Shown here: one piece after another, positions 27,013-37,618 of the stretch | Position numbering within the stretch: the first letter of the stretch is position 1 | Layout of the letters: each line of letters begins with the position of its first letter | Source of the DNA: an uncultured Halothiobacillus sp. | GTDB lineage: Bacteria > Pseudomonadota > Gammaproteobacteria > Halothiobacillales > Halothiobacillaceae | Assembly: GCA_964442775.1 (NCBI GenBank) | Contig: CAYUAO010000002.1 | Location: forward strand, 573 to 64,572 | Direction: 5' to 3' | DNA length: 64,000 nt | Made by a program: the position numbers and the translations under genes | The notes under the pieces: model-generated | The model's database searches: none | The model's input: the letters and a program-made list of their open reading frames with translations, nothing else | What the model was told of the DNA's origin: nothing

Positions 27013-27098
27013 CGAAAATTGCTCCCGAACTTACTGAAATAAATGAATTAACCCCAGACGGCTACCGAAGCCGACCCGGTTGACCCGGAGGAAACACC

Positions 27099-28502
27099 AT
27101 GGCTGGAAAGACACTCTACGAAAAACTCTTCGACGCGCACGTCGTCCATGAACAGGACGATGGCACCGCGTTGTTGTACATCGACCGCCACCTCGTTCAC
27201 GAGGTGACCAGTCCGCAGGCGTTCGAAGGCCTGCGGCTGGCCGGGCGCAAGCCGTGGCGTCCCGGTGCCATGCTCGCCGTGCCGGACCACAACGTGCCGA
27301 CGACCAATCGCGCCGGCGGCATCGCTGACCCGGTTTCGAGGACGCAGGTCAACACGCTCGATGCCAATTGCAAGGAATTCGGCGTCCAGGAGTTCCCCAT
27401 GGCCGACATGCGCCAGGGCATCGTGCACATCATCGGTCCGGAAGAGGGCTTCACGCTCCCCGGGGCCACCGTGGTCTGCGGCGACTCGCATACCTCCACC
27501 CACGGGGCAATCGGCGCGCTGGCCTTCGGCATCGGCACCTCCGAGGTCGAGCACGTCATGGCGACCCAGACCTTGCTGCAAAAGCGCACCAAGACCATGC
27601 AGGTGCGCGTCGAGGGCGATCTCGGCCCGGGCGTCACCGCCAAGGACGTCGTGCTCGCGATCATCGGCAAGATCGGCACCGCGGGCGGCACGGGCTACGC
27701 GATCGAGTTCGCCGGCTCGGCGATCGAGTCGCTCTCGATCGAGGGACGGATGAGCGTGTGCAACATGTCGATCGAGGCCGGCGCCCGCGCGGGCATGGTG
27801 GCCGTGGACGAGAAGACCGTCGAGTACTTCCGCGACAAGCCGTTCGCGCCTACCGGCGAGATGTTCGAGCGCGCCGCCGAGTACTGGCGCACGCTCAAGT
27901 CCGACCCGGACGCCGAGTTCGACAAGGTGGTCACGCTGGATGCCACCAAGATCGAGCCGCAGGTCAGCTGGGGCACGTCGCCGGAGATGGTCGTTCCGGT
28001 CAACGGTCAGGTGCCTGACCCGGACGCCGAGTCCGACCCGGTCAAGGCCGAGGGCATGCGCAAGGCACTCGCCTACATGGGCCTCGAGGCCAACACGCCG
28101 ATGACCGACATCCGGATCGACAAGGTCTTCATCGGCTCGTGCACCAACGCGCGCATCGAGGACTTGCGCGCTGCGGCCGCGGTCATCAAGGGCGGCCACG
28201 TGGCCGACAACGTCAAGCTGGCGATGGTGGTGCCGGGCTCGGGCCTGGTCCGCGAGCAGGCCGAGAAGGAAGGGCTCGACAAGGTGTTCCTCGAAGCCGG
28301 CTTCGAGTGGCGCGAGCCGGGTTGCTCGATGTGTCTCGCGATGAACGCCGACCGTCTCGAGCCGGGCGAGCGCTGCGCCTCGACCTCGAATCGCAACTTC
28401 GAGGGACGCCAGGGGCAGGGTGGTCGCACCCACCTCGTCAGCCCGGCCATGGCCGCCGCGGCCGCCGTCGCCGGTCACTTCGTCGACGTCCGTCAAGCGT
28501 AA
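27099..28502 (+). CDS. leuC: 3-isopropylmalate dehydratase large subunit (467 aa)
   Basis: [16 protein letters not shown]...[31 protein letters not shown] and [12 protein letters not shown] (aconitase-family Fe-S ligands). Confidence 0.97.
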   Translation: MAGKTLYEKLFDAHVVHEQDDGTALLYIDRHLVHEVTSPQAFEGLRLAGRKPWRPGAMLAVPDHNVPTTNRAGGIADPVSRTQVNTLDANCKEFGVQEFPMADMRQGIVHIIGPEEGFTLPGATVVCGDSHTSTHGAIGALAFGIGTSEVEHVMATQTLLQKRTKTMQVRVEGDLGPGVTAKDVVLAIIGKIGTAGGTGYAIEFAGSAIESLSIEGRMSVCNMSIEAGARAGMVAVDEKTVEYFRDKPFAPTGEMFERAAEYWRTLKSDPDAEFDKVVTLDATKIEPQVSWGTSPEMVVPVNGQVPDPDAESDPVKAEGMRKALAYMGLEANTPMTDIRIDKVFIGSCTNARIEDLRAAAAVIKGGHVADNVKLAMVVPGSGLVREQAEKEGLDKVFLEAGFEWREPGCSMCLAMNADRLEPGERCASTSNRNFEGRQGQGGRTHLVSPAMAAAAAVAGHFVDVRQA

Positions 28503-28513
28503 GGAGATTCATT

Positions 28514-29176
28514 ATGCAGGCATTCACCACCCACAAGGGAATCGTCGCGCCGCTGGACCGCTCGAACGTCGATACCGACGCGATCATCCCCAAGCAGTAC
28601 CTGAAATCGGTCAAGCGCACCGGTTTCGGCCCGACCGCGTTCGATGACTGGCGTTACCTCGACCCGGGCGAGCCGGGCATGGATCACAGCCAGCGTCGCA
28701 AGAACCCGGATTTCGTGCTCAACCAGGAGCCGTTCGATCGGGCGACCATCCTGCTCGCCCGCGAGAACTTCGGCTGCGGCTCGTCGCGCGAGCACGCCGT
28801 CTGGGCATTGACTGACTTCGGCTTTCGCGCCGTGATCGCCCCGTCGTTCGCCGACATCTTCTTCAACAACAGCTTCAAGAATGGGCTGCTTCCCATTGCC
28901 CTGAAAGAGAAAGAGGTCGACGCGCTTTTCAAGGCGGTCGACGCGGAACCCGGCCTGGAGCTGGAAATCGACCTGCCGAACCAGTTGGTCAGGGCGCCGA
29001 ACGGCGCCGAATACCGGTTCGAAATCGACAGTTTCCGCAAGAACTGCATGATCGAGGGGCTCGACGACATCGCCCTGACCCTCGAACACGCCGACAAGAT
29101 CAAGGCCTACGAGACTGCCCAGAGGGAAAAGACGCCGTGGCTGTTCAACGACATGCGCGGCAACGTGGGCGGTTGA
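28514..29176 (+). CDS. leuD: 3-isopropylmalate dehydratase small subunit (220 aa)
   Basis: [31 protein letters not shown]...[14 protein letters not shown] 28514 is preceded by AAGGAG. Confidence 0.96.
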   Translation: MQAFTTHKGIVAPLDRSNVDTDAIIPKQYLKSVKRTGFGPTAFDDWRYLDPGEPGMDHSQRRKNPDFVLNQEPFDRATILLARENFGCGSSREHAVWALTDFGFRAVIAPSFADIFFNNSFKNGLLPIALKEKEVDALFKAVDAEPGLELEIDLPNQLVRAPNGAEYRFEIDSFRKNCMIEGLDDIALTLEHADKIKAYETAQREKTPWLFNDMRGNVGG

Positions 29177-29204
29177 TCACCCCGAAAAATCGACTGGAAA
29201 AAGA

Positions 29205-30296
29205 ATGCGCAACGCCATGACACAAAAGAACATTCTCGTCCTGCCGGGTGACGGCATCGGCCCGGAGATCACCGAGCAGGCGGTCGACGTCCTCAAGGTC
29301 GTCGCTGACGGCAGTGATCTCGATCTGACGTTTACCGACGGCCTGATCGGCGGCGCGGCGTATGACGCCGAAGGCGAGCCGTTTCCGGAGGTCACGCGCC
29401 GGCAGGCGAACGAGGCGGACGCCGTCCTGCTGGGCGCGGTGGGCAGCCCGCAGTACGACGAACTCGATCGCCCCCTGCGCCCGGAGCGAGGTCTGCTCGC
29501 CATTCGCAAGGAACTGGGCCTGTTCGCCAACCTGCGCCCGGCACTGCTCTACAGCGCGCTGGCGGATGCCTCGTCGCTCAAGCCCGAGGTGGTCTCGGGA
29601 CTGGATATCATGATCGTCCGCGAGCTGACCGGGGGGGTGTACTTCGGCCAGCCGCGCGGCATTCGCGAGGTCGACGGCCAGCGGGAAGGCTTCAACACCA
29701 TGCATTACAACGAGGGCGAGATCGAGCGCATCGGCCGGGTCGCCTTCGAGGCAGCCCAGAAGCGCGGCAAGCGCCTGTGCTCGGTGGACAAGGCTAACGT
29801 GCTCGAGACCTCCGAGCTGTGGCGCGAAGTGATGAACCGACTCGCTCCCGAATATCCGGACGTCGAGCTGTCGCACATGTACGTCGACAACGCGGCGATG
29901 CAACTGGTGCGTGCACCAAAGCAGTTCGACGTCATCGTGACCGAGAATCTCTTCGGCGACATCCTCTCCGACCAGGCCTCGATGCTGTCCGGGTCGATCG
30001 GCATGCTGCCCTCGGCCTCGCTCAACGAGAAGGGGCAGGGCCTCTACGAGCCCAGCCACGGCTCCGCGCCGGACATCGCGGGGCAGGGTGTCGCCAACCC
30101 CATGGCGACAATCCTGTCGGCGGCGATGCTGCTGCGCTACTCCTTCGGCCGCGGCGATCTCGCCGAGCGTATCGAGAATGCCTGCATCGCCGTGCTTGAC
30201 CAGGGCCTGCGCACGCCAGACATCATGCAGACAGGCATGAGCCAGGTGTCCACCGCCGAAATCGGCGAGGCGGTCGTCGATGCCCTCGGCAACTGA
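29205..30296 (+). CDS. leuB: 3-isopropylmalate dehydrogenase (363 aa)
   Basis: [56 protein letters not shown] 29217 is an alternative start. Confidence 0.96.
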   Translation: MRNAMTQKNILVLPGDGIGPEITEQAVDVLKVVADGSDLDLTFTDGLIGGAAYDAEGEPFPEVTRRQANEADAVLLGAVGSPQYDELDRPLRPERGLLAIRKELGLFANLRPALLYSALADASSLKPEVVSGLDIMIVRELTGGVYFGQPRGIREVDGQREGFNTMHYNEGEIERIGRVAFEAAQKRGKRLCSVDKANVLETSELWREVMNRLAPEYPDVELSHMYVDNAAMQLVRAPKQFDVIVTENLFGDILSDQASMLSGSIGMLPSASLNEKGQGLYEPSHGSAPDIAGQGVANPMATILSAAMLLRYSFGRGDLAERIENACIAVLDQGLRTPDIMQTGMSQVSTAEIGEAVVDALGN

Positions 30297-30440
30297 TCCC
30301 CAATCCATTTCTCGCTTCGATCGTCCGGCGTGATGCGCTAGGCTAGAGCCATCGCATCCAGCGGGTCAGCCCACCGCGTATATGGTCGCTTGCCCGCTCC
30401 ACGATCTGCACCAGACTTCCAATCGCAAGGAGAAACCTTC

Positions 30441-31463
30441 ATGAGCAAGACGGTCGACGTTGCTGTCGTCGGCGCCACGGGCGCCGTTGGCGAGACCATG
30501 CTGTCCATCCTGGCCGAGCGCAATTTCCCTGCCGGCAAGGTCTATGCCCTGGCCTCCGAGCGGTCCGCCGGCAAGAAGGTTGCCTTCGGCAATTCGTTCC
30601 TGACGGTCGAGGATCTTGCGACCTTCGATTTCTCCAAGGTCCAGGTTGGGCTGTTCTCGCCCGGCGGCTCGATCTCCCGCGAGTTCGCGCCCAAGGCCGC
30701 TGCGGCAGGCTGCGTGGTGATCGACAACACCTCCGAGTTCCGCTATGACGACGACGTGCCGCTGATCGTCCCCGAGGTCAACGCCCACGCGATCGCCGGC
30801 TACACCCAGCGAAACATCATCGCCAATCCGAATTGCTCGACCATCCAGATGCTGGTCGCGTTGAAACCGATCCGTGACGCGGTGGGTATCGAGCGCATCA
30901 ACGTCGCCACCTACCAGGCGGTTTCCGGCTCGGGCAAGGAGGCGATCGAGGAACTCGCGACGCAGAGCGCCCGCAAGCTCAACGGCCAGGACGCGGACGC
31001 GGTCGTCTACCCCAAGCAGATCGCCTTCAACGCGCTGCCCCAGATCGACGTCTTCCAGGAAAACGGCTACACGAAGGAAGAGATGAAGATGGTCTGGGAG
31101 ACCCACAAGATCTTCGAAGACGACTCGATCCGGGTGAACCCGACTGCCGTGCGCGTACCCGTGTTCTACGGTCATTCCGAGGCGGTCCACATCGAGACCC
31201 GCGACAGGATCACCGCCGAGCAGGCCACGGAGCTGCTCAGGAACGCGGAGGGCATCGAAGTGATCGACACGCGCCGTGACGGGGGCTACCCGACGGCCGT
31301 GACCGAGGGTGCCGGCCACGACCCGGTATACGTGGGCCGCATTCGGGAGGACATTTCCCATGATCGAGGCCTGAACCTGTGGGTGGTCTCCGACAACGTA
31401 CGCAAGGGTGCGGCGTTGAACAGCGTGCAGATCGCCGAGTGCCTGGTGCGCGACTACCTCTGA
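30441..31463 (+). CDS. asd: Aspartate-semialdehyde dehydrogenase (340 aa)
   Basis: VAVVGATGAVGETML, the active-site NPNCSTIQM, and VSDNVRKGAALNSVQIAE. ATG 30441 is preceded by AAGGAG. Confidence 0.95.
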   Translation: MSKTVDVAVVGATGAVGETMLSILAERNFPAGKVYALASERSAGKKVAFGNSFLTVEDLATFDFSKVQVGLFSPGGSISREFAPKAAAAGCVVIDNTSEFRYDDDVPLIVPEVNAHAIAGYTQRNIIANPNCSTIQMLVALKPIRDAVGIERINVATYQAVSGSGKEAIEELATQSARKLNGQDADAVVYPKQIAFNALPQIDVFQENGYTKEEMKMVWETHKIFEDDSIRVNPTAVRVPVFYGHSEAVHIETRDRITAEQATELLRNAEGIEVIDTRRDGGYPTAVTEGAGHDPVYVGRIREDISHDRGLNLWVVSDNVRKGAALNSVQIAECLVRDYL

Positions 31464-31563
31464 TCTGTGGCACAATCGAGCTCGGATTGGGCCAAAGGAA
31501 GCCGTCGGGATGTCAATCGGGCAATGAGGCCCGTCCTACCGGCACGAGCAAGGAGTCAATGAC

Positions 31564-33960
31564 ATGCGGAAGTTGAGTTTGGTGATTGCGGGGATCCTGG
31601 GCGCCGGGACCCCGTTGATCAGCCAGGCCGCCACCCTTGGCGAGGCCCGGGTGCAGTCCTACTTGAGTGAACGTCTCGACGTGCGGGTGCCGCTGGCGAG
31701 ATCCAGTGACGAACCGCTCGACGAGATCACGGTCAAGTTGGCCCCGCCCTCGTTCTATCGGGAGGCCGGGGTGCCCCTGGAGAACATCACGGGCAACCTG
31801 ACCTTCCGCATCGAGTCGGAGGGTGACCGGGAATACGTGCTGATCGGTTCCAAGCGGCCGATCCGCGATCCCATCCTGAGCATCCTGCTCGAGGTCGACT
31901 CGCCGCAGGGCCGGATGATTCGCGAGTTCAACCTGCTGCTCGACCCGCCATCGACGGATTCGCCCGAAGACAGCCGTAGCGGCGAGGCTTCCTCTTCCGC
32001 CGAACGGCCAGCCACCGATTCCCCCGCAGAGCCTGCTTCGGCTTCCTCGGCGTGGCAGCGCGTCGACCCCGCCACGGACGTCGCCCTCGACGAGAGCCGC
32101 GAGGTCCGGCGGGGTGACACCCTCTACGACATCGCTCGCGATTACGTCAGTGACGCGGACGACGTGCGTCCCATGATGCAGGCCATCATTGACGCCAACC
32201 CGGATGCATTCGTCGATGGGAACGGCAACGCACTGATGGCCGGCGTGGAATTGAAGGTGCCGGTATCCGAAGATGCCCGCGCCGAAACCACCGGGGAAAG
32301 GGGTGACGAAGGCGAAGGGAAGGCCGCGAAGGACCAGTCCGAGGCGGGCACCGAGGAACGGCCGGCCCTCGAACTGATCGAGCCGGAGGAGGAAGATCAG
32401 GGCGACGAATCCAGTCCTCCCGCCCCGACTGAGTTGGGTGGGTTCGGCGATCTCTCCCGCGACGAGCCCCTGGCCGCGATCGGCGAGAGTGCCGGCGACG
32501 AACTGGATGCCTCGGATGAGCGCGAAGCGGCACTGGACCGCGAAGAAATGGAGTCGATCCGCGCCGAGAACGAGACGCTGACCGAACAGTTGGGTGATCT
32601 CAAGGACCAGATCGACTCGGTCAAGGTCGCGGTCGACGAGCGCGACAGCGAAATCGCACGACTTGAAGACGTGGTCGAACAATCCCGCGCCGAACTCGAG
32701 CAGGCCGAAAAGGCCGCCGACAGCTTCTGGGTGGAGTGGGGCAAGTACCTCACGGGGGCGCTCGGGCTGGTGATCCTCGCATTGTTGATCGCCCTGGGTC
32801 TGCGACGTGGTCGTCGTGACGACGAGCCCGCTGTGCCGATGCCGGAGACCGCCGACACCGCGGACAGGCGCACGTTCGAAAACGAGCCGCAGGTCGAATC
32901 GGGTCCGAGCGCCTCGGCGACCGCGGTCGGATCCGCCGCCGCAATCGGGGCGGCTGCCAGCGCGAACGCGGCAATGGCTGAGCCCGACGAAAAGTCCTCC
33001 ACCGGTGGCGACGCGATGAACCCCGAGATGGCCCTCGAGGAGGCCCGGGTGCTCGAATCGTTCAACCTGACTCACCAGGCGGTGGAACTGCTCCAGGACA
33101 GCCTGACCGAGCACCCCGGGCACGAAGGACTTCAGGCAGCGCTGAACCGACTCAAGGGACTCGAGGACGCGGGCCAAGGGTCCGTGCACGGCGCGGCACC
33201 CTCAGTCGCCGAGGACGACATCCCGACAGAGGGGCCCCGCGACTCGACCGGGTTCAACGAGGACACAGATACCTCCGAGTCGACAGGGGAAATCTCGTCC
33301 ACCGCGGATGTTACCGAGTCGACTGAATCGGATCGCCGCCCGGGCGAGGCGCTGGAAAGCCCCGCGCCCGAGAACTGGGACGACGACCTGGACGACATGC
33401 TGGCCACGCCGGAGTCCGAGCCCGCGACTCGGCCGGCCGAAGACGAGCACACGATGGACCTGGACGATTCCTTCGCGCTCGAAACGCCAACAAGCGATGA
33501 AGGCGAGAGGCGCGACCAGGCCGACGAGGGGCTCGACCTTCCGGAAAACGTGACACCGCCGGCAAGCGTCGAGAGCCACGAGGCCCGGGACGCCGAGCCC
33601 GAGCCGGAGCCGCTTGACCTCGACCTGTCCGGTTACGACACGTCAGGCAGCCCGGAGGAGCCCACCGAGACCAGGGGCGAAGAAAGCGGACTGGATCTTG
33701 ATCTGGGCGAACCCGCCTCGTCTCAAGTGCAGGAAGCCGAAGAACGCGAAGTGCCCGAGGAGGCCGAACCGATCGGTGAGTCCGAAGACATGTCCACCGA
33801 CAGCGAGACGGACACCGACACCCGTGTGGGACTGGCGGAGGCCTTCCTGGATGTCGGCGACCGAGAGAGCTTCGACATGATCGAGGCCGAATTGCGGGAA
33901 GAGGGTGCCACCGCGGCGCTGGAACGACTGGAAGAGTTGAAGAAACGCTTCCCCGACTGA
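31564..33960 (+). CDS. fimV: FimV-like peptidoglycan-binding (LysM) type IV pilus assembly / polar hub protein (798 aa)
   Basis: Signal peptide, the FimV N-terminal domain (VQSYLSERLDVRVPL...EFNLLLDPP), a LysM-like segment (RRGDTLYDIARDY), one TM (ALGLVILALLIALGL), a long acidic low-complexity region, and the C-terminal FimV motif (VGLAEAFLDVGDRESFDMIEAELREEG). The leuB-asd-fimV order matches Pseudomonas. Confidence 0.85.
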   Translation: MRKLSLVIAGILGAGTPLISQAATLGEARVQSYLSERLDVRVPLARSSDEPLDEITVKLAPPSFYREAGVPLENITGNLTFRIESEGDREYVLIGSKRPIRDPILSILLEVDSPQGRMIREFNLLLDPPSTDSPEDSRSGEASSSAERPATDSPAEPASASSAWQRVDPATDVALDESREVRRGDTLYDIARDYVSDADDVRPMMQAIIDANPDAFVDGNGNALMAGVELKVPVSEDARAETTGERGDEGEGKAAKDQSEAGTEERPALELIEPEEEDQGDESSPPAPTELGGFGDLSRDEPLAAIGESAGDELDASDEREAALDREEMESIRAENETLTEQLGDLKDQIDSVKVAVDERDSEIARLEDVVEQSRAELEQAEKAADSFWVEWGKYLTGALGLVILALLIALGLRRGRRDDEPAVPMPETADTADRRTFENEPQVESGPSASATAVGSAAAIGAAASANAAMAEPDEKSSTGGDAMNPEMALEEARVLESFNLTHQAVELLQDSLTEHPGHEGLQAALNRLKGLEDAGQGSVHGAAPSVAEDDIPTEGPRDSTGFNEDTDTSESTGEISSTADVTESTESDRRPGEALESPAPENWDDDLDDMLATPESEPATRPAEDEHTMDLDDSFALETPTSDEGERRDQADEGLDLPENVTPPASVESHEARDAEPEPEPLDLDLSGYDTSGSPEEPTETRGEESGLDLDLGEPASSQVQEAEEREVPEEAEPIGESEDMSTDSETDTDTRVGLAEAFLDVGDRESFDMIEAELREEGATAALERLEELKKRFPD

Positions 33961-33988
33961 CGTGTCGGTCGTGGCACAGCGAGGCATG

Positions 33989-34014
33989 GGCCCACCGGGA
34001 CGGTGGGCCTTTTA
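33989..34014 (+). terminator. Rho-independent terminator after fimV
   Basis: The stem GGCCCACCG (33989-33997) pairs with CGGTGGGCC (34001-34009), followed by TTTTAG. Confidence 0.7.
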
Positions 34015-34083
34015 GTTGCTATCGTCCGAAGGCAATACCGGATTCCACCGGTCCGGCGGGCTGGCGGAGAACAAGGAGGCACG

Positions 34084-34115
34084 AAAAAGGCCGATGACTC
34101 ATCGAGTCATCGGCC
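34084..34115 (-). terminator. Rho-independent terminator after tRNA-Leu (minus strand)
   Basis: On the minus strand it reads GGCCGATGACTC-GAT-GAGTCATCGGCC followed by TTTTT, about 18 nt downstream of the tRNA 3' end. Confidence 0.8.
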
Positions 34116-34133
34116 TTGTCCGGTATGTCCATC

Positions 34134-34218
34134 TGGTGCCCAGGAGAGGACTCGAACCTCCACGGATCTCTCCACTAGTACCTGAAACTAGCGCGTCTAC
34201 CAGTTCCGCCACCTGGGC
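34134..34218 (-). tRNA. tRNA-Leu (anticodon CAG), 85 nt with a long variable arm and encoded CCA
   Basis: The reverse complement reads GCCCAGGTGGCGGAACTGGTAGACGCGCTAGTTTCAGGTACTAGTGGAGAGATCCGTGGAGGTTCGAGTCCTCTCCTGGGCACCA. The anticodon arm is CTAGT-TTCAGGT-ACTAG. Confidence 0.95.
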
Positions 34219-34228
34219 AACGCGGCGC

Positions 34229-34257
34229 ATATTAGGAATCCTGGAAGGGGCTGTCAA
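34229..34257 (-). promoter_or_regulatory. Sigma70 promoter of tRNA-Leu
   Basis: The minus strand reads TTGACA, a 17-nt spacer, TAATAT, then the GC-rich discriminator GCGCCGCG just upstream of the mature 5' end. Confidence 0.7.
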
Positions 34258-34259
34258 CA

Positions 34260-34787
34260 GTGAACGCAAAAAAAACGCCGATCTTGACCCTGCGCGTCCT
34301 CGCGCCGGAATCCCGCCGGGCAGCGGCCGAGGACGACAAGCGCCTGATTGCCTGTGAAAAACTGCACAGCGATAGGGCACGACTGACCGCGTTCCTCGGT
34401 CCCGTGGAGGCCGTGGAGACAGTTGCGGTCCCCGCGGGGGCGGCGACTCGCGAGATGGACGTCGACGACCTGATTGGGGAGGCCGGCAGTACGGATGCCG
34501 GGCTGATCGAGTTGGTCGTGGAGATCGATGACGAATGGCCCGATGGAATATCGCCGATGCTGGCGGCGTTACGCGACCGCCTCAATCGACCGCTGCTGGT
34601 GCATTTCGGCTCGGGGCATCCGATCGGCGGTACGCTTGACCGGGAGATGGTGTCGCTGGGGTTCACGCGGCAAGCCGGCGACGAGCCGTTGTACCTTTTC
34701 GATATCGAGACCTACAAGCACACACCGGACTGGCTGAACGCGCGCCACTGGGCGAACCCCGAGCTGTGGGGCAAGTACCGATGGTGA
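34260..34787 (+). CDS. Conserved hypothetical protein (up to 175 aa; start uncertain)
   Basis: Track ORF with a GTG start. The C-terminal half looks like a folded domain and ends in a Trp-rich tail: YLFDIETYKHTPDWLNARHWANPELWGKYRW. I cannot assign a function from sequence. Confidence 0.5.
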   Translation: MNAKKTPILTLRVLAPESRRAAAEDDKRLIACEKLHSDRARLTAFLGPVEAVETVAVPAGAATREMDVDDLIGEAGSTDAGLIELVVEIDDEWPDGISPMLAALRDRLNRPLLVHFGSGHPIGGTLDREMVSLGFTRQAGDEPLYLFDIETYKHTPDWLNARHWANPELWGKYRW

Positions 34788-35126
34788 CGACGTCTCGAAC
34801 GGGATGCCGCCTCGGCGTGGAGGGGCGTGCTTGAGCACTGCGGTGCGCACCGGCTGGTCAGCGGCCTGTCCGGCCACCGAGTCGTCCACCCTTGGACGGT
34901 ATTTAACATAATATGTATTCTGCGCAAGGCAGCGCATCCCATGGCAAGCCTTCCGAGTGATTGCATCAGCGATGCTCAAATGTCGCTCCGGAACCCCGAT
35001 TGCTAAGACATTGTCCACTTGGTACGGCACCTGCCGAACATGCCGCCCGACAGTTGCACTACAATGGTCGCCGATCGGTCTGCTCGAATGCAGGCTGAAT
35101 GAATTCACCGTTTCGACAGGCCCGCC

Positions 35127-36896
35127 ATGCGTCCGATCTCGTCCGCTGCATTGATTCTGGGAATGAGCCTCGTGGCCCTCGGCTCCGGTTGCTCGATCAG
35201 CCCGGCCGACGAGCCGGCGGCTGACGGCAAGGCCGAGCCGACCCAACCCGGTTCGGTGACTCGCGATATCGAGGCATCCGAAAACGGTCCGATCTTTCAC
35301 GTGCTGGCCGGCGAGTTTTACGGTCGTGACAAGCAGTACGATCAGGCCGCCTCCCATTACGCCGAAGTCGCCCGGGACAGCGATGATCAGGCGCTGCTCG
35401 AACGCGCGATCCAGGCGGCCATCTTCGCCGACCGGTTCGACCTGGCGCAGGAGATGGCCGAGCGCCTGCGGAACGTTTCGCCGGACAGTGCCCGCGCTGC
35501 GGCCGTGATGATGATCTCGTCGCTCGAGCTGGGCGAAACCGAACAGGCCGACCGGGCCCTCAACCAGTGGCTTGAATCGGATTCGGCCAATGTCGAGAAG
35601 ATCTTCAACGAGACCGGACAGTACCTGCAGAAAAGCCTCGACCGCGATCGCGCCATCGCCTACACCGAGCACCTGGCCGAACGCTTTCCCCGCCAGTACG
35701 AGGCGCAGATGGTCGTCGCAAAATTGGCACTTTCATTCGGTGAAATGTCGCTCGCCCGCGAGGCGTCGGACCGGGCGATCTCGCTGCGTCCGGACAAGAC
35801 CGACGCCTACGATCTGGCCATGGTGATCGCCAACCGGGACGGGGACGTCGATCAGGCGATCCGCGTGCTCGAGAAGGCCCATGGTCGCTTTCCCGAAAAG
35901 GGACGTTACGCGAGTGGCCTGATCGAGGCGCGGCTGGCCGCGGGCGAGCGTGAAGGGGCCCTCGCCCTGCTCGAACGCAACCTGGAAAAGCGAACCGAGG
36001 ACCCCGAGCTGCTGCGCAACCTGTCGTTGTTCGCCTTTCGACTGGATCGGCCGGACCTGGCCGAACAGGCATTGAGCCGCCTCGAAGAACTGCCGGGCCA
36101 GTCGGACATGGTCCATCTCATCCGCGGTCGCGTCGCCCTGGAACAGGAGGACGTCGCCGCCGCCGAGGACGCGCTGTCCAGGATCAGCTCGCGCAGTGAA
36201 CACTTTGCCAGTGCGCAGGTTTTGCTCGCCGCCGCGCGGGTCGACCTTGGGGAGCCGACCGACGCCGTACGTGGACTGGAAACCGCCCTGCTCGCCGAGG
36301 CCATCGACGATGCCGACCGACAGCAGCTCACGCTGGCACTCGCCTCCACGCTGGCAGAAACCGGGCGTTTCGAGGAGAGCCTCGAAATTGCCGAACAGGC
36401 CGCCGAGACCTGGCCCGACGCCCACGACTTTCGCCTGCAGAAGGCCATGACGCTGTTCGCCCTCGGCGAGTCCGGCGACGCGAAAGACGTGCTGCGCGAG
36501 GTCATCGAACGCGACCCCGAAAACGCTCCGGCCATGAACGCGCTGGGCTACACCCTGGCGGACGAAGACCGCAACCTCGACCAGGCCGAGGACCTGATCC
36601 AGCGCGCGGTGAACATCGACCCGGACAATCCGGCCTATCTGGACAGCCTCGGGTGGCTCCGGTACCGCCAGGGCCAGCTCGGCAAGGCCCTCGAGGCATT
36701 GAGGAGCGCCTTTCGCAGCGCCCCGAACGCCGAGATCGGCGCCCACCTAGGCGAGGTCCTCTGGGCCGACGGGGAACGCGATGCGGCGCGCGAGGTATGG
36801 CAGGACGCCCTCGAGCTCGATGCCGGTGACTCGACACTGCTGGACACCCTCCGTGAGTACGCGCCGGCGATGTTGCCTGCCAACGGACAGCCGTGA
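35127..36896 (+). CDS. TPR-repeat lipoprotein (589 aa)
   Basis: Lipobox LVALGSGC near the N-terminus and many TPR-like repeats. It sits immediately upstream of lolB-ispE, like the TPR gene in Pseudomonas. Confidence 0.8.
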   Translation: MRPISSAALILGMSLVALGSGCSISPADEPAADGKAEPTQPGSVTRDIEASENGPIFHVLAGEFYGRDKQYDQAASHYAEVARDSDDQALLERAIQAAIFADRFDLAQEMAERLRNVSPDSARAAAVMMISSLELGETEQADRALNQWLESDSANVEKIFNETGQYLQKSLDRDRAIAYTEHLAERFPRQYEAQMVVAKLALSFGEMSLAREASDRAISLRPDKTDAYDLAMVIANRDGDVDQAIRVLEKAHGRFPEKGRYASGLIEARLAAGEREGALALLERNLEKRTEDPELLRNLSLFAFRLDRPDLAEQALSRLEELPGQSDMVHLIRGRVALEQEDVAAAEDALSRISSRSEHFASAQVLLAAARVDLGEPTDAVRGLETALLAEAIDDADRQQLTLALASTLAETGRFEESLEIAEQAAETWPDAHDFRLQKAMTLFALGESGDAKDVLREVIERDPENAPAMNALGYTLADEDRNLDQAEDLIQRAVNIDPDNPAYLDSLGWLRYRQGQLGKALEALRSAFRSAPNAEIGAHLGEVLWADGERDAAREVWQDALELDAGDSTLLDTLREYAPAMLPANGQP

Positions 36897-36958
36897 TTCA
36901 CGACAGTCCCCCGTCCACGTCGACCATCCACCCTTCGAAAGCAGCCCCGTCCTGACCC

Positions 36959-37618
36959 ATGCCTGTCGACCTTTCTCGCTTCAGCCTGCTGCGACTCCCC
37001 GCCCTGTTCGCCGCGATCGCCCTGCTCGCCGGCTGCGCCTCCCTGGTGGATACGCGCCCTGCCGATCCCGCGACCGAGGCGCAACTGGCGGCATGGGAGT
37101 CGCACGAACGACAACTGGAATCCATGTCGGACTGGGGCTTCGAGGGCCGGGCGGCCATTCGATCCGGGGTGACCGGTGGCAGCGTCCGGGTCGAGTGGAC
37201 GCAAGTGGGCACCGTCACGTCGCTCGCCCTGAGCGGTCCCTTCGATACCGGCCGCCTAGCCATGACCGGCACTCCGGACCACATGTTGCTGACCGACGGC
37301 GACGGCAATCGGCGCATGACCGACGAGCCCGAAACATTGCTTGAGGAGCAGACCGGCTGGCGCATCCCCCTCGCCACGCTGCCTCGCTGGATACGCGGCC
37401 TGCCCAGCGACTCGGTCGACGCCCTTTCACCGGACGACTTCCGGCTCGACGATGACGGTCGACTGGCGAATTTCAGCGATGACGGGTGGGATGTGGAATA
37501 CGATCGATACCGTGACGTCGGGCGAGCGGCCCTGCCCCACTTCGTCGAGCTCCGTCACGACGGGATGCGCATTCGGATTGTGGTCGACGACTGGGATGCG
37601 GGCACTTCATCCCCATGA
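36959..37618 (+). CDS. lolB: Outer-membrane lipoprotein receptor LolB (219 aa)
   Basis: Lipobox ALLAGCAS. Size and position between the TPR gene and ispE fit LolB, as does WGFEGRAAIRSGVTGGSVRVEW. Confidence 0.8.
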   Translation: MPVDLSRFSLLRLPALFAAIALLAGCASLVDTRPADPATEAQLAAWESHERQLESMSDWGFEGRAAIRSGVTGGSVRVEWTQVGTVTSLALSGPFDTGRLAMTGTPDHMLLTDGDGNRRMTDEPETLLEEQTGWRIPLATLPRWIRGLPSDSVDALSPDDFRLDDDGRLANFSDDGWDVEYDRYRDVGRAALPHFVELRHDGMRIRIVVDDWDAGTSSP

